Source of the DNA: Cycas panzhihuaensis | Taxonomy: Eukaryota; Plantae; Cycadophyta | NCBI GenBank assembly: GCA_023213395.1 | Contig: CM041465.1 | Coordinates: 126,363,741 to 126,427,740, forward strand | Length of the DNA: 64,000 nucleotides | Direction: 5' to 3' | In this document: piece after piece, positions 51,354 to 64,000 of the stretch | Position numbering within the stretch: position 1 is the stretch's first letter | How the letters are laid out: each line of letters starts with the position of its first letter | Made by a program: the position numbers and the translations under genes | Notes under the pieces: generated by a model | The model's input: only the letters and a program-made list of their open reading frames with translations | Told to the model about the DNA's origin: nothing | The model's database searches: none

Positions 51354-54160
51354 ATGGGGTGTTGTTTGAAGAAAACGTCTTCTTTAAGGTCTCTGTTGAG
51401 GAAAGTACCCTTCACATCCATTTGCTAAATATTTCGATTAAATTAGATTGCTAAGGACATAACCAAACGGAATGTGATCACATTGGCTACCGGTGCAAAG
51501 GTCTTGTGATAATCAATCCCCTCTTGTTATTTAAAACCTCCCGCTATAAGGCGAGCTTTGCGAGTGTCATACTTTCTAAGGCCTTTTAACATTTATGGGA
51601 GGAGGAACATCCATTAATAATTGTTATACCCATTAGGATTTAGTTGAATGCTAGTGGCTTCCACCTGAAGTTCATAAACTAAAATTGGATGTAAAGTTAT
51701 ACTTTCTTGAGTTGTTGATGTAGATGCTACTGGAATCGATGAAGGAGCTGGAGTGTAGGAGGAGGCTAGTTTTGGTGGCTCGACAATTTGTCCAAGAGTC
51801 ACTTAAGATACAAAACCTACTTCTACTGCTATAATATAAGGTTGAGGTGGAGGTAGGTCCTATAAATCTTCTATAAATATTATATCCCGTGTTACGTAAA
51901 CTTGGTTACCAACTATGTCAAACACTTTATAGGCTTTACAACAAAGTACATAGCTAAGGAAGATGCATTTCAGGCTCTTGTCATCAAGCTTCTTTTTGTT
52001 TTCCTTTGAAATATATTTATATTCCATGCATCCAAAGATCTTCACGAGTACTACCGATGGTTTCTGACCTGACTAAACTTCTTCAAGAGTAATATTCCTA
52101 ACTACAATTATGGGAATTATGTTGGTTAGATAAGTAGTTATGGTTGTGGCATCAACCTAAGATCTGGTGGTAAGATTTGCAGGACTAAGCATTGCTTTTC
52201 CTTTATTTATCAATGTCTAATTCATTCTTTTGACTACACGATTTTGTTGAGTTGTGTGGGGAGATGGGAACTGATGTTGGATGCCATGTCCCTTGCCCAA
52301 AATGTTGAACTGATTAGAAATATACTCGCCACCATTATCAGATCTAAGGAGCTTGATTATCATTCTACTTTTCTTTTCTATGGCAGCTTTGAACTCTTTG
52401 AATTTATTTAGGGTTTTATACTTATTTCTTAGGAAATAGACCTATATTTTCCTTGAGATGTCATCTATGAATGTGATGAAATGCCAGTTTTTATTGAGTG
52501 GTTAGACAGGTATCAACCCGTAAATTTCTGGGTGGACCATCTTTAACGGCGCTGGGGATCTCCATGCGTTCTTAGAAGGAAAATTTTCTCGTTAGTACTT
52601 TTCTATTAGGCAAGCCTGACATATGTTGTTGTACCTCTTAATTTTATGTAAACCGTGTACGCTTTGGAGCTTAAACATGAGGTCCAAGCTTTGCATGTTT
52701 AAATGGCTTAGTCATTAAATCCATAGATATACTTTGGAGCTATTTAAGATGACAATTTCCTTTCAATATGAGAATTGACCTGGTTCTTATATACAAGGAG
52801 ACTCTTCATTAATGACTTCATTTACCTTATCAGTTGGGCTGTGTTGGGAATTGAACAAGCTTTATTTTATAGAGTAGTTGTAAGGGGGATACCACCAAAC
52901 CTATATAGGCCACCATCTTCATGTCTTTTGGCCACAGGTTTGCATGTTGCATGATCTGCGATTCTAGTAATGCCCTAGCTAAAGAGGACATCTAAATTCG
53001 GTTTATTTATTTCATTGATAGAGAGCAAGTTCATCTCCATTTCGGGTGCAAGGAATATATTATTGATGTGGTGCCTCGTATTGGAGTCCTTCAAAGCTAT
53101 TGGAGCACTACCGATTTTGGTTATTATCGTAAGTCAAATTATCCCCAAATGTGAAAGTTTGAGTATGGATTGCGCGGGTCTCTTCTAACATTTTTTCTAA
53201 TCCGATCATATATCTCGTTACAACTGTCTCAAGGAGCCATGCATCCTCATCAAGTTGTGAAGAAACAGCTGCAAAGAATAGGTTATGGAAGGAGGAATCC
53301 TAATTGTCTACCACATTACTTCCCTATTATTTATTATTATGCTGGTTCCTTTAATTTTTGATAGTGAATTGCTGCTTATTTTGAGGTCTTTCTCCTTGAG
53401 CAGGTCTCAGATTCCAATTGTGTTGGTAGAATTAGCCTTGTGGTTGGAATGATGACCCTTCGTATTATTGAATAAGGCCTCTTTATTAGAAATATCAGCC
53501 TCCTTGTTACAAAATAAGACCTCGCTATTATGGAAACAAGGCTCTCTGTAGAAGGCACGATCCTTCTTAGTAATATCCTTGTCTCTATTAAGAGTAACTA
53601 AGACCTCCTTGTTGATATGAGGGTGGTTCTTATTAGTAGATTAGGCCTAATCGTTGATAATAAGAGGTAGCTTATTAGAAGCGAGGCCCATATGATTGGC
53701 TCAATTGATTTTACAAGAGCTGTAAATCAACTTGTCCTCACTTGCATTAACTAAGTGTCTTTTCTAATTATAGTAGAGGCAACTGACATTTGGTCTCACC
53801 TATTAATTCTTTTAAAGTTGTGCATATGGCTGGTATTGAGATTGCTGATGCCAATGAGTTAAACGGGAGGATGAGGTGTTAATTGGTTATTACTTCTCTT
53901 AGGTTGGATGTTGATATGGCTCTTGGGATGTGGTTAGAGAATCCAATTGTTGAGTTAGATCTTGGTGTTGACTAAGCTGTTGAGTTGATCTATTGATAGT
54001 CTTACGCTTTTATGAGTTATGGGCTGTAAAGGTAGGAGCGGGGTTAGATATACATGTCGCCCTAAGTCAGTTGAGTATATTCTCCTCTTATAACAAGAGT
54101 TCCTCACAGGTCGTGAAGTCTATTTTGGAATAATTACCATGTAATTCGGAAACAAAGGAG
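51354..54160 (-). mobile_element. Decayed Copia remnant (subunit copy)
   Basis: Copy of 16072-18870. Confidence 0.7.
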
Positions 54161-54361
54161 TTATATTATATAGATAGGATGTCAGTGATGCTAGAGATTA
54201 AATCATGGTTTAAAAGTAGTTCATTAAGGATTATAAGTTAGTTCCTAGTTATTTTGACTTTAATCAAGTGGCGTGCAACACTGCCAAAAAAGGTATACCT
54301 TTATTAAAACTTTATGAACTTAAAGAAGATAAGTTATGAAAATAAGATTAATTTTAGATTC

Positions 54362-54581
54362 TGTTAAGATATAATGTTTTATCTAGGTCAGAAAAGGGGG
54401 TCATATTAGACCAACCCTTAAATGCTCTCATGAGATCATGCCACTTGGCAATATCTGAGTGATTGGTTACATTAGTGGTTGTAACCAACTCATGACTCTT
54501 GTATACTTAAGCAAATTGAATCTCAATAGAAAATCATCTCATTCCTTTCCCAGTTTGTTTCTGATCTGCGTTTTTTCAACA
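54362..54581 (+). repeat. 5' LTR of the Copia element
   Basis: TGTTAAG...TTCAACA, followed by PBS tggtatcgagg. Confidence 0.95.
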
Positions 54582-55218
54582 TGGTATCGAGGCAGGTGCT
54601 CAACTGACATCTCTTGAGGAGAATTCTTTTGTCAGTCAATTCCACCAAGTGCTGAAGGAAGATTTATCAACAAACGTCATTAAATCTTCATCGTGCGAAA
54701 TTATGCGGGCTATGCGGACTTATGCGGATGGCGTTTTCAGCGATGTCGGCTCGAGACGAAATTTTGCAGGGAGATAGATCGAGGCACGCCGAACACATCT
54801 CTCTTCTGGAGCGAAGCGTTTTGAGGCCGTTTTCAAGGCCAAATCAGCCCCTAACCAGTCCGCGCGTTTTTAGAGAAACCATAGGCGAAATCTCTTCGAT
54901 TTTCAAAAAATTCCAGGTATTTCTGGTCCGAAATCCTCCTCACTATAAATACGATTCATTTGCATCCAAAATAGAGGGTTTATTTTGAGATTTTCCAGTG
55001 TTTTTTCTCAAAAGCAATTTACGCCCTAATGCCGTTTTCCTTTCTGGAGCCGATTTCTCTCATTTGAAAAGCAGTTTTGAAAAACTGACTTCAGATCCAC
55101 ATAGGTGACTTGAATACCTACATTTTGAGGTACACTTCATTTTTTGGCTGTACATTAGGGTTTGTACGAAACCAAATGCATGCATCGGACCTAAATCAGA
55201 CCTTTCAATTTGAAAATC

Positions 55219-58200
55219 ATGTCTTCTTCCATCATTACTCTGTCTGAACCTGAAAAACTCACCAGTTCAAATTATCATGTGTGGAAAATCAAAATGGAGA
55301 CTATTCTAATAATGAAAGATGCCTGGGAAATTGCTGAGGGAAAGGAAACCCGTCCTCCTGCCGGTGATGACAAATTGAAGAGTTGGATTGAAAGAAATAA
55401 CATGGGTAGTCTCACTGAAAAATGTCTATTTCAGATTCAGACTTGTTTATGTTGAAAACCCGAACCAGCCTCCAACTGGAAATGTTTAGAAAATCTATAT
55501 GGTCAAAAGAATAAAGCAAGGATAATCACACTCAAAGAAGAGTTGTATAAACTCCATATGAAAGAAAACGAAGCAGTGGAAGAATTTATGCATAAAATCA
55601 TCACTGTGAGAAATAATCTCCTGAGTGCTGGAGGAATGATATCAGAACAAGACCTTGTAGAAATAGTAATGCAAGGTGCCCAAATCTTTGATACCATTGT
55701 TAACACTATCACCGATAGTGACGGAGTTAGATAAATTAACTCTTGATGAATTGGCGGAATTGCTATTAAGGCGGAGGCGGAGAAACAAAAGGTACGAAAA
55801 TACGATGAGCTAGAAGATGCTTTTGCATCCAGGTTGAATCTCGGACAAAGAGGAAGACAACAATTTCGTGCACCTAGCGGTATCGATTCAGGTCGAGGAC
55901 GCCGGTCAAATTCAGGAGGACTAGGACGCCAGAGAAAAGCAGAATATGCTACAAGCGTGGACGAATCTGGACACTTGCAAACAATTGCGGGATCTTGACA
56001 TATCTCGCTACTGCGGACAAAGTGGACACTATCCCTATCAGTGTCCTCAAAGACGAAGTGAAATCTACAAAGGAAAAAGACCTATTGGCGGATACAGCAA
56101 AGAAAAAGATGAAGAAGAAGAAGAAGAGGAAGAGGAGACTGCTTTCATCACAGCGTTGGTCACGGGAATGAAAGACAAAGACATTTGGTACATAGATTCA
56201 GGAGCCTCTAAACACATGACGAGTCGAGAAGACTGGTTCCAAATCATAAATCCATACAATATGGACAAGTCCGTGGAGTTGGGTGACAAGTACTCCCTTA
56301 ACATCAAAGGGATTGGAACCATTTGATAAATCTGAATGGAAATGAAAGAAAAATTGGTAATGTTCTCTATGTACGGACACGAAGATGAATCTTCTTTCAG
56401 TCTCTCAACTGAGCAAAAAAGGGCTGAGGACCATTTTTGATGAAGAAGGGAATTGTCACATTCTGGATATGAAAAAAGATGAGAAAATTGTTGGAAAAGG
56501 GATCAGATGCAATGATCTCTACAAACTCCTGTCAAATCCTGTACTTCCTTGTTTGGAAGAAAAAGCATCTTGCTCTTAAATCTGATAATAAAGTTTGGCA
56601 TTTAAGGTATGGACGTCTTCCAATTGACACACTTAAACAAATGGAAAAGTCAGAAATGGTAAAAGGTTTACCCAATATCTCTTCAGATACATTTGTTTGT
56701 AAAGGTTGTCAACTCGGAAAACAGCATAGGTTTCCATTTAAAGAAAGCACTTGGAAATCTAAATCCAAATTAGATCTGATACACACTGATATTTGTGGCC
56801 CTATTTCACCATTGTCAATAAACGAATGCAGATATTTCCTAACCTTCATTGATGATTTCACTCAAAAAGTTTGGGTATATTTCTTACATAATAAATCTGA
56901 GGTCTTTGAAGCATTTAAAGAATTTAAGGCAGAAGTTGAGCTAGAATCAGGAATGAAAATCAAGTGTATCAGGTCAGATGGAGGAGGAGAATATATGTCG
57001 AACGAATTTCTAAATTACTGTAAATATAGAGGAATTCGTAGACAAATAACAACTCCCTATACTCCTCAGTCAAATGGAGTCGCCGAAAGAAAGAATAGGA
57101 CCTTGATGGAGATGGCTCGAAGCATGATGCATGGAACAAAGATATCAAAGACATACTGGGCGAGCGATCAAGACATGTTACTTAATAAGCAAAGTCCAAC
57201 CAGATCTTGAAGACATCACTCGGAGGAAGCTTGGACGGGTTTGAAACGATGTAAGTTCCCTCAAGGTTTTTGGTAGTCAAGCATTTGTGCATATTCACGA
57301 TAAAAAGGGTCCAAATTAGATGCAAAAAGCATAGAATGTGTTTTGATAGGATATAGTAAAAATTCAAAGGCATATAAGTGCATAGATCCTAGAACAAATA
57401 GAATCTATGTGAGTAGAGACGTCGTGTTTAATGAAGATACCTCAGAAGAGTCCTCACAAATCAAAATAATAGAAAGTGAAAAGGAATTGGGAACTACCAG
57501 ATACAGAATAGTGCAGGAAGACGAGGAAGAAGATCAGTCGGGCATTACTTCAGAAAATGAAGAAACTAGAGAGGAAAACGGGCTGGAAGAAGGACAAGTC
57601 GATTCGTCATCAACAACAGGTCAGGGAGACAACATCGAAGGGTCATCATCACCAACTGATCGGGGAGACATTCCACAGAAGCAAAAAAAACTGCCGAAAT
57701 GGTATATCAAAACTGTTGAAGAGGGAAATATATTAGAACAAAAGACTCGAGGGCAAAGGTCAAGAGCTCTCCTAAGCAAGGTTGAACCACGGAATTTTGA
57801 TGAAGCAAAAGATCATCCAGAATGGAGAGAAGCAATGGACAATGAAATAAACTCAATCAAGAAAAATCAAGCGTGGGAATTAGTAGAACTACACGCTAAT
57901 AAATCTATTATGCGCAAATGGGTTTACAAAACAAAGAAAGGAGTTGATGGCCAAATTGAAAAACACAAGGCAAGGTTAGTTGCAAAGGATATACTCAAGC
58001 TGCGGTATAGATTATGATGAGACTTTCTCTCGATGTGAAAGATGAACACGATAAGACGGTGATAGCCTTAGGCTGCCAAGGTTGGGGAATCTCTCGGATG
58101 GACGTAAAAAGTGCCTTCCTAAGCGGTGGCTGGAAGAAGAAGTTTATATGCAACAACCGAGATGGATACAGGCAGGGAAAAGAAAATCTAGTCTGCAAAT

Positions 58201-59270
58201 TAAAAAAGGCCTTGTATGGTCTAAAACAAGCACCACGTGCCTGGTATGCAAAACTAGATCACTTTCTTGAAGAAAATAAGTTCATTCGGTGTGACTCAGA
58301 TTCCAGTCTGTACATAAGGAAAACAAACAACAAGATAACAATAATTGTTGTTTATGTGGATGATATCTCTTCTTGGGAATGATGTAGAAGGAATCAAGTG
58401 GATCAAAAGTCAACTTGAGAAGTTTGAAATATGATTTAGGTTCACTAAATTATTACTTGGGACTGGAAATAGTTCAACATCAAAACTATGTAACTTTGTC
58501 CCAAAGTAACTACATCAAAAGTCTACTTGTTCGATTTAGGATGGAAAAGCGCAATCCATGCACCACTCCCATGGAGACAAATTGCAATCTAACGATGAGA
58601 CAATATGGAAAAAGATGCCATGCTACTCTATCTGAGGCAAATGATTGGAAGCCCGATCTACAGCGACCACCGGACAGACATATCCTACTCGGTAGGATTA
58701 ATATCAAGGTATATCACGAGAATCCAAAGTTAAGACAACGGCGGCAAAAAAATTACGAGATATCTCAAAAGAACAACGGATCTCAAGTTAGTTTATTCAA
58801 AGGGGCATCGATCAAAATCACGGATCTGCGATTGAGGTGGCGGCGACAAAGAACAAAGGAAATCAACAAGTGGTTTTGTTTTTCTTGGGAGATTCGGCAA
58901 TCTCATGGTGCAAGAAAAATAAGCCACGGTGGCTCTCTCCTCTCTGAGCGAGAATATAAAGCGACCACATCAAGAACTTTGTGAAGCCATCCGGTTAAGA
59001 CAACTCTTGCTTGATTTAAATCAACAACGAGAAAGAAGCAACTTCTTTAAAGTGTGACAATCAAAGTGCCATCAAGTGACCAAAAATCCAGTGCATGCAA
59101 GAACAAAACATATTGAAGTTCATCATCACTTTATAAGAGGAAGAGTACAGAACAAAGAAATAGTCTTGGACTCCTGGCCGACATCCGAACAAGTTGAGAC
59201 CTTGACAAAACCTCTTGGGAGAAAGACTCGAGATATTTGAGAGACAAGATTGGACTTATAGAGATAAAAC
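55219..59270 (+). pseudogene. Copia gag-pol polyprotein (gag, Zn knuckle, protease, integrase, RT, RNase H), broken by many frameshifts
   Basis: Motifs NYHVWKIKM, YCGQSGHYPYQC, WYIDSGASKHM, IHTDICGP, IRSDGGGEY, PQSNGVAERKN, KARLVAK, LYGLKQAPRAW, YVDD and RTKHIEV. Confidence 0.9.
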
Positions 59271-59282
59271 ATTAAGAGGGGG

Positions 59283-59502
59283 TGTTAAGATATAATGTTT
59301 TATCTAGGTCAGAAAAGGGGGTCATATTAGACCAACCCTTAAATGCTCTCATGAGATCATGCCACTTGGCAATATCTGAGTGATTGGTTACATTAGTGGT
59401 TGTAACCAACTCATGACTCTTGTATACTTAAGCAAATTGAATCTCAATAGAAAATCATCTCATTCCTTTCCCAGTTTGTTTCTGATCTGCGTTTTTTCAA
59501 CA
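59283..59502 (+). repeat. 3' LTR of the Copia element
   Basis: Base-for-base match to the 5' LTR by eye; preceded by the PPT. Confidence 0.95.
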
Positions 59503-60901
59503 GATTCACGTATTTATTATAGGGTGTACCCTATGCTTGGCACAAATAATTACACCCAACTAAGACATGGGAGAATATTATGAAGTAATTTAAGGAGATA
59601 TTGCAAAAGTTTTTAAGTGATGAGGTAGTGGAGTTATCTCTCAAGGAAATGAGATAAAGGCTAGTAGAATTACTATTAATACATATATAAAAAATAAATA
59701 TTAAAGTTGTAAGTATTATGAATGGAGAAAAAATCATGGATTATAATAAGAGAAACTATTTATAAATGGGCTAAATTCTAAAGTAAGGGCCACAGTGGTG
59801 ACTCATTCCTTGAAATGCTTCTATTTCACACATGAGTTGGTATGCAACCATAAACCTTATTATTTAGATCACGAGACAAAATGTAATAATTAATAAGCCA
59901 AAATATAAATAAACCTTGCTATTAAGTAACAAAAGTAAAGGAGACCTCAAAAGTAGAAGCCTTTAAAAAGGAAGTCATAAGGTTAAAGTTATAAAGAAAG
60001 AAACCTCAACTTACTAAGGAGAAGAAGAACAAAAAAATATAGGGGTAACGAACGGTAATTGAAGAAGTGGTGTCACATTTGTGATAATAATTCATATTCT
60101 GGTAAAAAATGTGACCTAAATGAGAGGAATAATATGGTAAAAAAGTAAAGTATATGGTGTTATATTTGTGATTTGGATAACCATAAAATGAATAAACACT
60201 ATTTTAATATATGTAAAATAAACCAATACGGTACAAGTTATGGAAGAAGGAACAACTGAACCATGATGCAATATACTAATGAAGCAGGAAGGCATGTGAA
60301 AAAGTAATAATGCATGAAGAGAGTAAAGGAAATGTACTAAACTAACTAAAATAATAGAGATAAAATTAATCTATCCTCATAGAAAATACCTATAGAGAGA
60401 TCAAACATCACGTAATAAGAAGGCTGTCAAAATCTAAGAGGCCCACTAGAGCGTATATGCCCAAACTATTGAGAAAAGTATGTGCTTGGCCTATTGTAGA
60501 TACCCTTTATAAAGAAGAATGTCCTATCCTAACCCAGACTCTTAAATATACCTAAAACACTAGACTCAATCTTAAAATATGAGAAGGGACTAACTAGAGC
60601 AAGAGGCCTAAAGGAGTTAAGACCATAGGATCCATATGATCATTAGGTAGGTTCTTGGAAAATTATCAATAGTAGTGACTCATCTCACATAAGTTTGAGA
60701 TAGGCTAATAGTACATGCATTTAACTCCAACTAGCATCAAGCTCTAATAGGTAAAATAAAAAGAGGCCACTGCTCTCAATAAGATGCATAGAGTTCACTC
60801 AGTTGTTGAGGCCACACATATAAACGCATAGTGAGGGTAGATGCCCACCATTAGGCCAATCAGAATATGAATCGTAAGACTCTTCTCACATAAGGCCAAA
60901 A

Positions 60902-61400
60902 GATCACCTCTCTCATCTAATGGTTAAATCTAGGTTCAAAGAAAGTGATCTACCTTATTTGTAAAAGAATAAGTACTTTGAGATATTATGTATCTTGATG
61001 TATTTTGTATATGCAAGAAGATAATTTATATCTTCTTGTTGTTTAGGAGATTAAAGTCAAATAATTATTGTTGAACTAATTTCTAGGTGTGATGTTGATG
61101 TACTCTAAAGTAAATAAATAGGAATTCATTATTTTGAATCAAATAAGAAAACCAATGACAAAAAAGAGTTAAATTTAAGAATCGAAATGTTTACTAGACG
61201 AATAAAGAGCGTAGAAGCTGTTTTCTTTCATTGTGTTTGGACGTTACTAATATTGACAACACAATGTAGATGATGCACTATCAAGAGCGAATGATTCCCA
61301 GGGATTACATCTACCTTCATTTTAGTTTGTAGAAATGGTGCTTCAAAGCTTCCTTAGTAGAAAGACGTTCCCTTGGGTCAAACTTCAACAAACCTCGAAG
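60902..61400 (-). pseudogene. Truncated kinase 3' fragment
   Basis: Aligns with 5933-6421; same fusion junction. Confidence 0.85.
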
Positions 61401-64000
61401 ATGGGGTGTTGTTTGAAGAAAACGTCTTCTTTAAGGTCTCTGTTGAGGAAAGTACCCTTCACATCTGTTTGCTAAATATGTCGATTAAATTAGATTGCTA
61501 AGGACATAACCAAATGGAATGTGATCACATTGGCTACCGGTGCAAAGGTCTTATCATAATCAATCCCCTCTTGTTATTTAAAAGCTCTTGTTATAAGGCG
61601 AGCTTTGCGAGTGTCATACTTTGTAAGGCCTTTTAGCAGTTATGGGAGGAGGAACATCCATTAATAATTGTTATACCCATTAGGATTTAGTTGAATGCTA
61701 GTGGCTTCCACCTGAAGTTCATCAACTAAAATTGGAGGTAAAGTTATACTTTCTTGAGTTGTTGATGTAGATGCTACTGGAATCGATGAAGGAAATTTGG
61801 TGTAGGAGGAGACTAGTTTTGATGGCTCCACAATTTGTCCAAGAGTCACTTAAGATACATAAACTACTTCTACTACTATAATATAAGGTTGAGGTGAAGG
61901 TAGGTCCTATGAATCTTCTATAAATATTATATCTCGTGTTGCGTAAACTTGGTTACCAACTATGTCAAACACTTTATAGGCTTTACAACCAAGTACATAG
62001 CTAAAGAAGATGCATTTCAGTCTCTTGTCATCAAGCTTCTTTTCATTTTCCTTTGAAATATATTTATATTCCATGCATCCAAAGATTTGCACGAGTACTA
62101 TCGATGGTTTCTGACCTGACCAAACTTCTTCAAGAGTAATATTCCTAAGTGCAATTCTAGGACTTATGTTGGTTAGGTAAGTAGTTATGGTTGTGGCATC
62201 AACCCAAGATCTGGTGGTAAGATTTGCAACACTAAGCATGGCTTCTCCTTTATTTATCAATGTCTAATTCATTCTTTTGACTACACCATTTTGTTGAGGT
62301 GTGTGAGGAGTTGGGAACTGATGTTGGATGCCATGTTCTTTGCCCAAAATGTTGAACTGATTAGAACTATACTCTAAGCCACCATTATCAGATTTAAGGA
62401 GCTTGATTATCATTCTACTTTTCTTTTTTATGGCAACTTTGAACTCTTTGAATTTATTTAGGGTTTTATACTTTTTTCTCAGGAGATAGACCTACATTTT
62501 CCTTGAGAAGTCATCTATGAATGTGATGAAATGCCAGCTTTTATTGAGTGGTTAGACAGGTACCGATCCGCGAATTTCTGGGTGGACCGTCTCTAACGGC
62601 GCTGAGGATCTCCATGCATTCTTAGAAGGAAAAATTTCTCTTTAGTGCTTTTCTATTAGGCAAGCCTCACATATGTTGTTGTACCTCTTAATTTTATGTA
62701 AACCATGTACCATTTGGAGCTTAAACATGAGGTCCAAGCTTTGCATGTTTAAATGACTTAGGCATTAATTCCATAGGTGTACTTTGGAGCTATTTGAGAT
62801 GATAATTTCCTTTCAATATGAGAATTCACCTGGTTCTTATATACAGGGGGACTCTTCATTAATGACTTCATTTACCTTATCAATTTGAGCTATGTTGGGA
62901 ATTGAACAAGCTTCATTTTATGGAGTAGTTGTAAGGGGGATACCACCCAACCTATATAGGCCACCATCTTCATATCTTATGGCCACAAGCTTGCACGTTG
63001 CATGATCTGCGATTCTACTAATGCCCTAGACAAAGAGGACATCTAAATTCTGTTTGTTTATTTCATTGATATAGGGCAAGTTCATCTCCATTTCAGGTGC
63101 AAGGAATATATTATTGATGTGGTGCCTCATATTGGAGTCCTTCAAAGCTATTGGAGCCCTACCAATTTTGGTATTATCGTAAGTCAAATTATCCCCAAAT
63201 GTGATAGTTTAAGTATCATTGAAGGTCTCTTCTAATATTTTTCTAATCCGATCATATATCTCGTTGCACGACTCGAAGCCATGCATCCTCATCAAGTTGT
63301 GCAGAAAGAGCTGTAAAAAATAGGTGATGGAAGGAGGAATCCTAATTGTGTACCACATTACTTCCGTATTATTTATTATTATGCTGGTTTCTTTAATTTT
63401 TGATAGTGAATTGTAGCTTATTTTGAGGTCTTTCTCCTTGAGCAGGTCTCAGATTCCAATTGTGTTGGTAGAATTGGCCTTGTGGTTGGAATGATGACCC
63501 TTCTTATTGTTGAATAAGGCCTTTTTATTGGAAATATAGGCCTCCTTGTTACAAAATAAGACCTCGCTATTATGGAAACGGGGCTCTTTGTAGAAGGCAC
63601 GATCCTCCTTAGTAATATCCTTGTCTCTATTAAGAGTAACTAGGACCTCCTTGTTGATATGAGGGTGGTCCTTATTAGTAGATTAGGCCTAATCGTTGAT
63701 AATAAGAGATAGCTTATTAGAAGCGAGGCCTATATGATTGGCTCAATTGATTTTACAAGAGTTGTGAATCAACTTGTCCTCACTTGCATTAACAGAAGTG
63801 CCTTTTTTTATCATAGTAGAGGCAATTGACATCTGGTCTAACCTATTAATTCTTTTAAAGTTGTGCATATGGCTGGTATTGAGACTGCTGATGCCAATGA
63901 GTTAGATGGGAGGAGGAGGTGTTAATTGGTTATTACTTCTCTTAGGTTGGTTGTTGATATGGCTCTTGGGATATGGTCAGAGAATCCAAGTGTTGAGTTA
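61401..64000 (-). mobile_element. Decayed Copia remnant (subunit copy; runs off the window)
   Basis: Copy of 20970-23590. Confidence 0.7.

Larger units (their letters stand above)
54362..59502 (+). mobile_element. Young full-length Ty1/Copia LTR retrotransposon, 5141 bp
   Basis: Identical 220-bp LTRs. TSD GATTC at 54357-54361 and 59503-59507; the empty site is at ~19071. PBS TGGTATC (iMet-like) and PPT AAGAGGGGG are present. Confidence 0.95.
27552..64000. repeat. Next HOR copy, interrupted by a Gypsy (13.6 kb) and a Copia (5.1 kb) insertion; runs off the window end
   Basis: Collinear with 5933-~23590 once both insertions are removed (11699/46919, 14215/49450, 19099/59531, 22989/63418). Confidence 0.9.

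Overview
Land-plant nuclear DNA that is almost entirely repeat-derived. The backbone is a tandem higher-order repeat (HOR) with a period of about 21.6 kb. The window holds the tail of one copy (1-5932), one complete copy (5933-27551) and most of a third (27552-64000+). Each HOR carries one full-length, intronless, CpG-retaining LAMMER/CLK (AFC-like) kinase gene on the minus strand (6338-7509; 27957-29128). This is followed by about 4.9-kb subunits made of a decayed Ty1/Copia element, an AT-rich spacer and a truncated copy of the kinase 3' end. The third HOR has two young insertions whose empty sites are visible in the second HOR. The first is a 13.6-kb Tat-like Ty3/Gypsy LTR element (30400-43984, TSD GTGAC, LTRs of about 2.5 kb). 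It has gag and protease but no RT or integrase, and carries an antisense three-exon plant-mobile-domain (PMD) gene plus a stand-alone RNase H ORF. The second is a 5.1-kb Ty1/Copia element (54362-59502, TSD GATTC, identical 220-bp LTRs). Many single-base frameshifts look like consensus errors from long-read sequencing. All comparisons were made by eye; no database searches were run.
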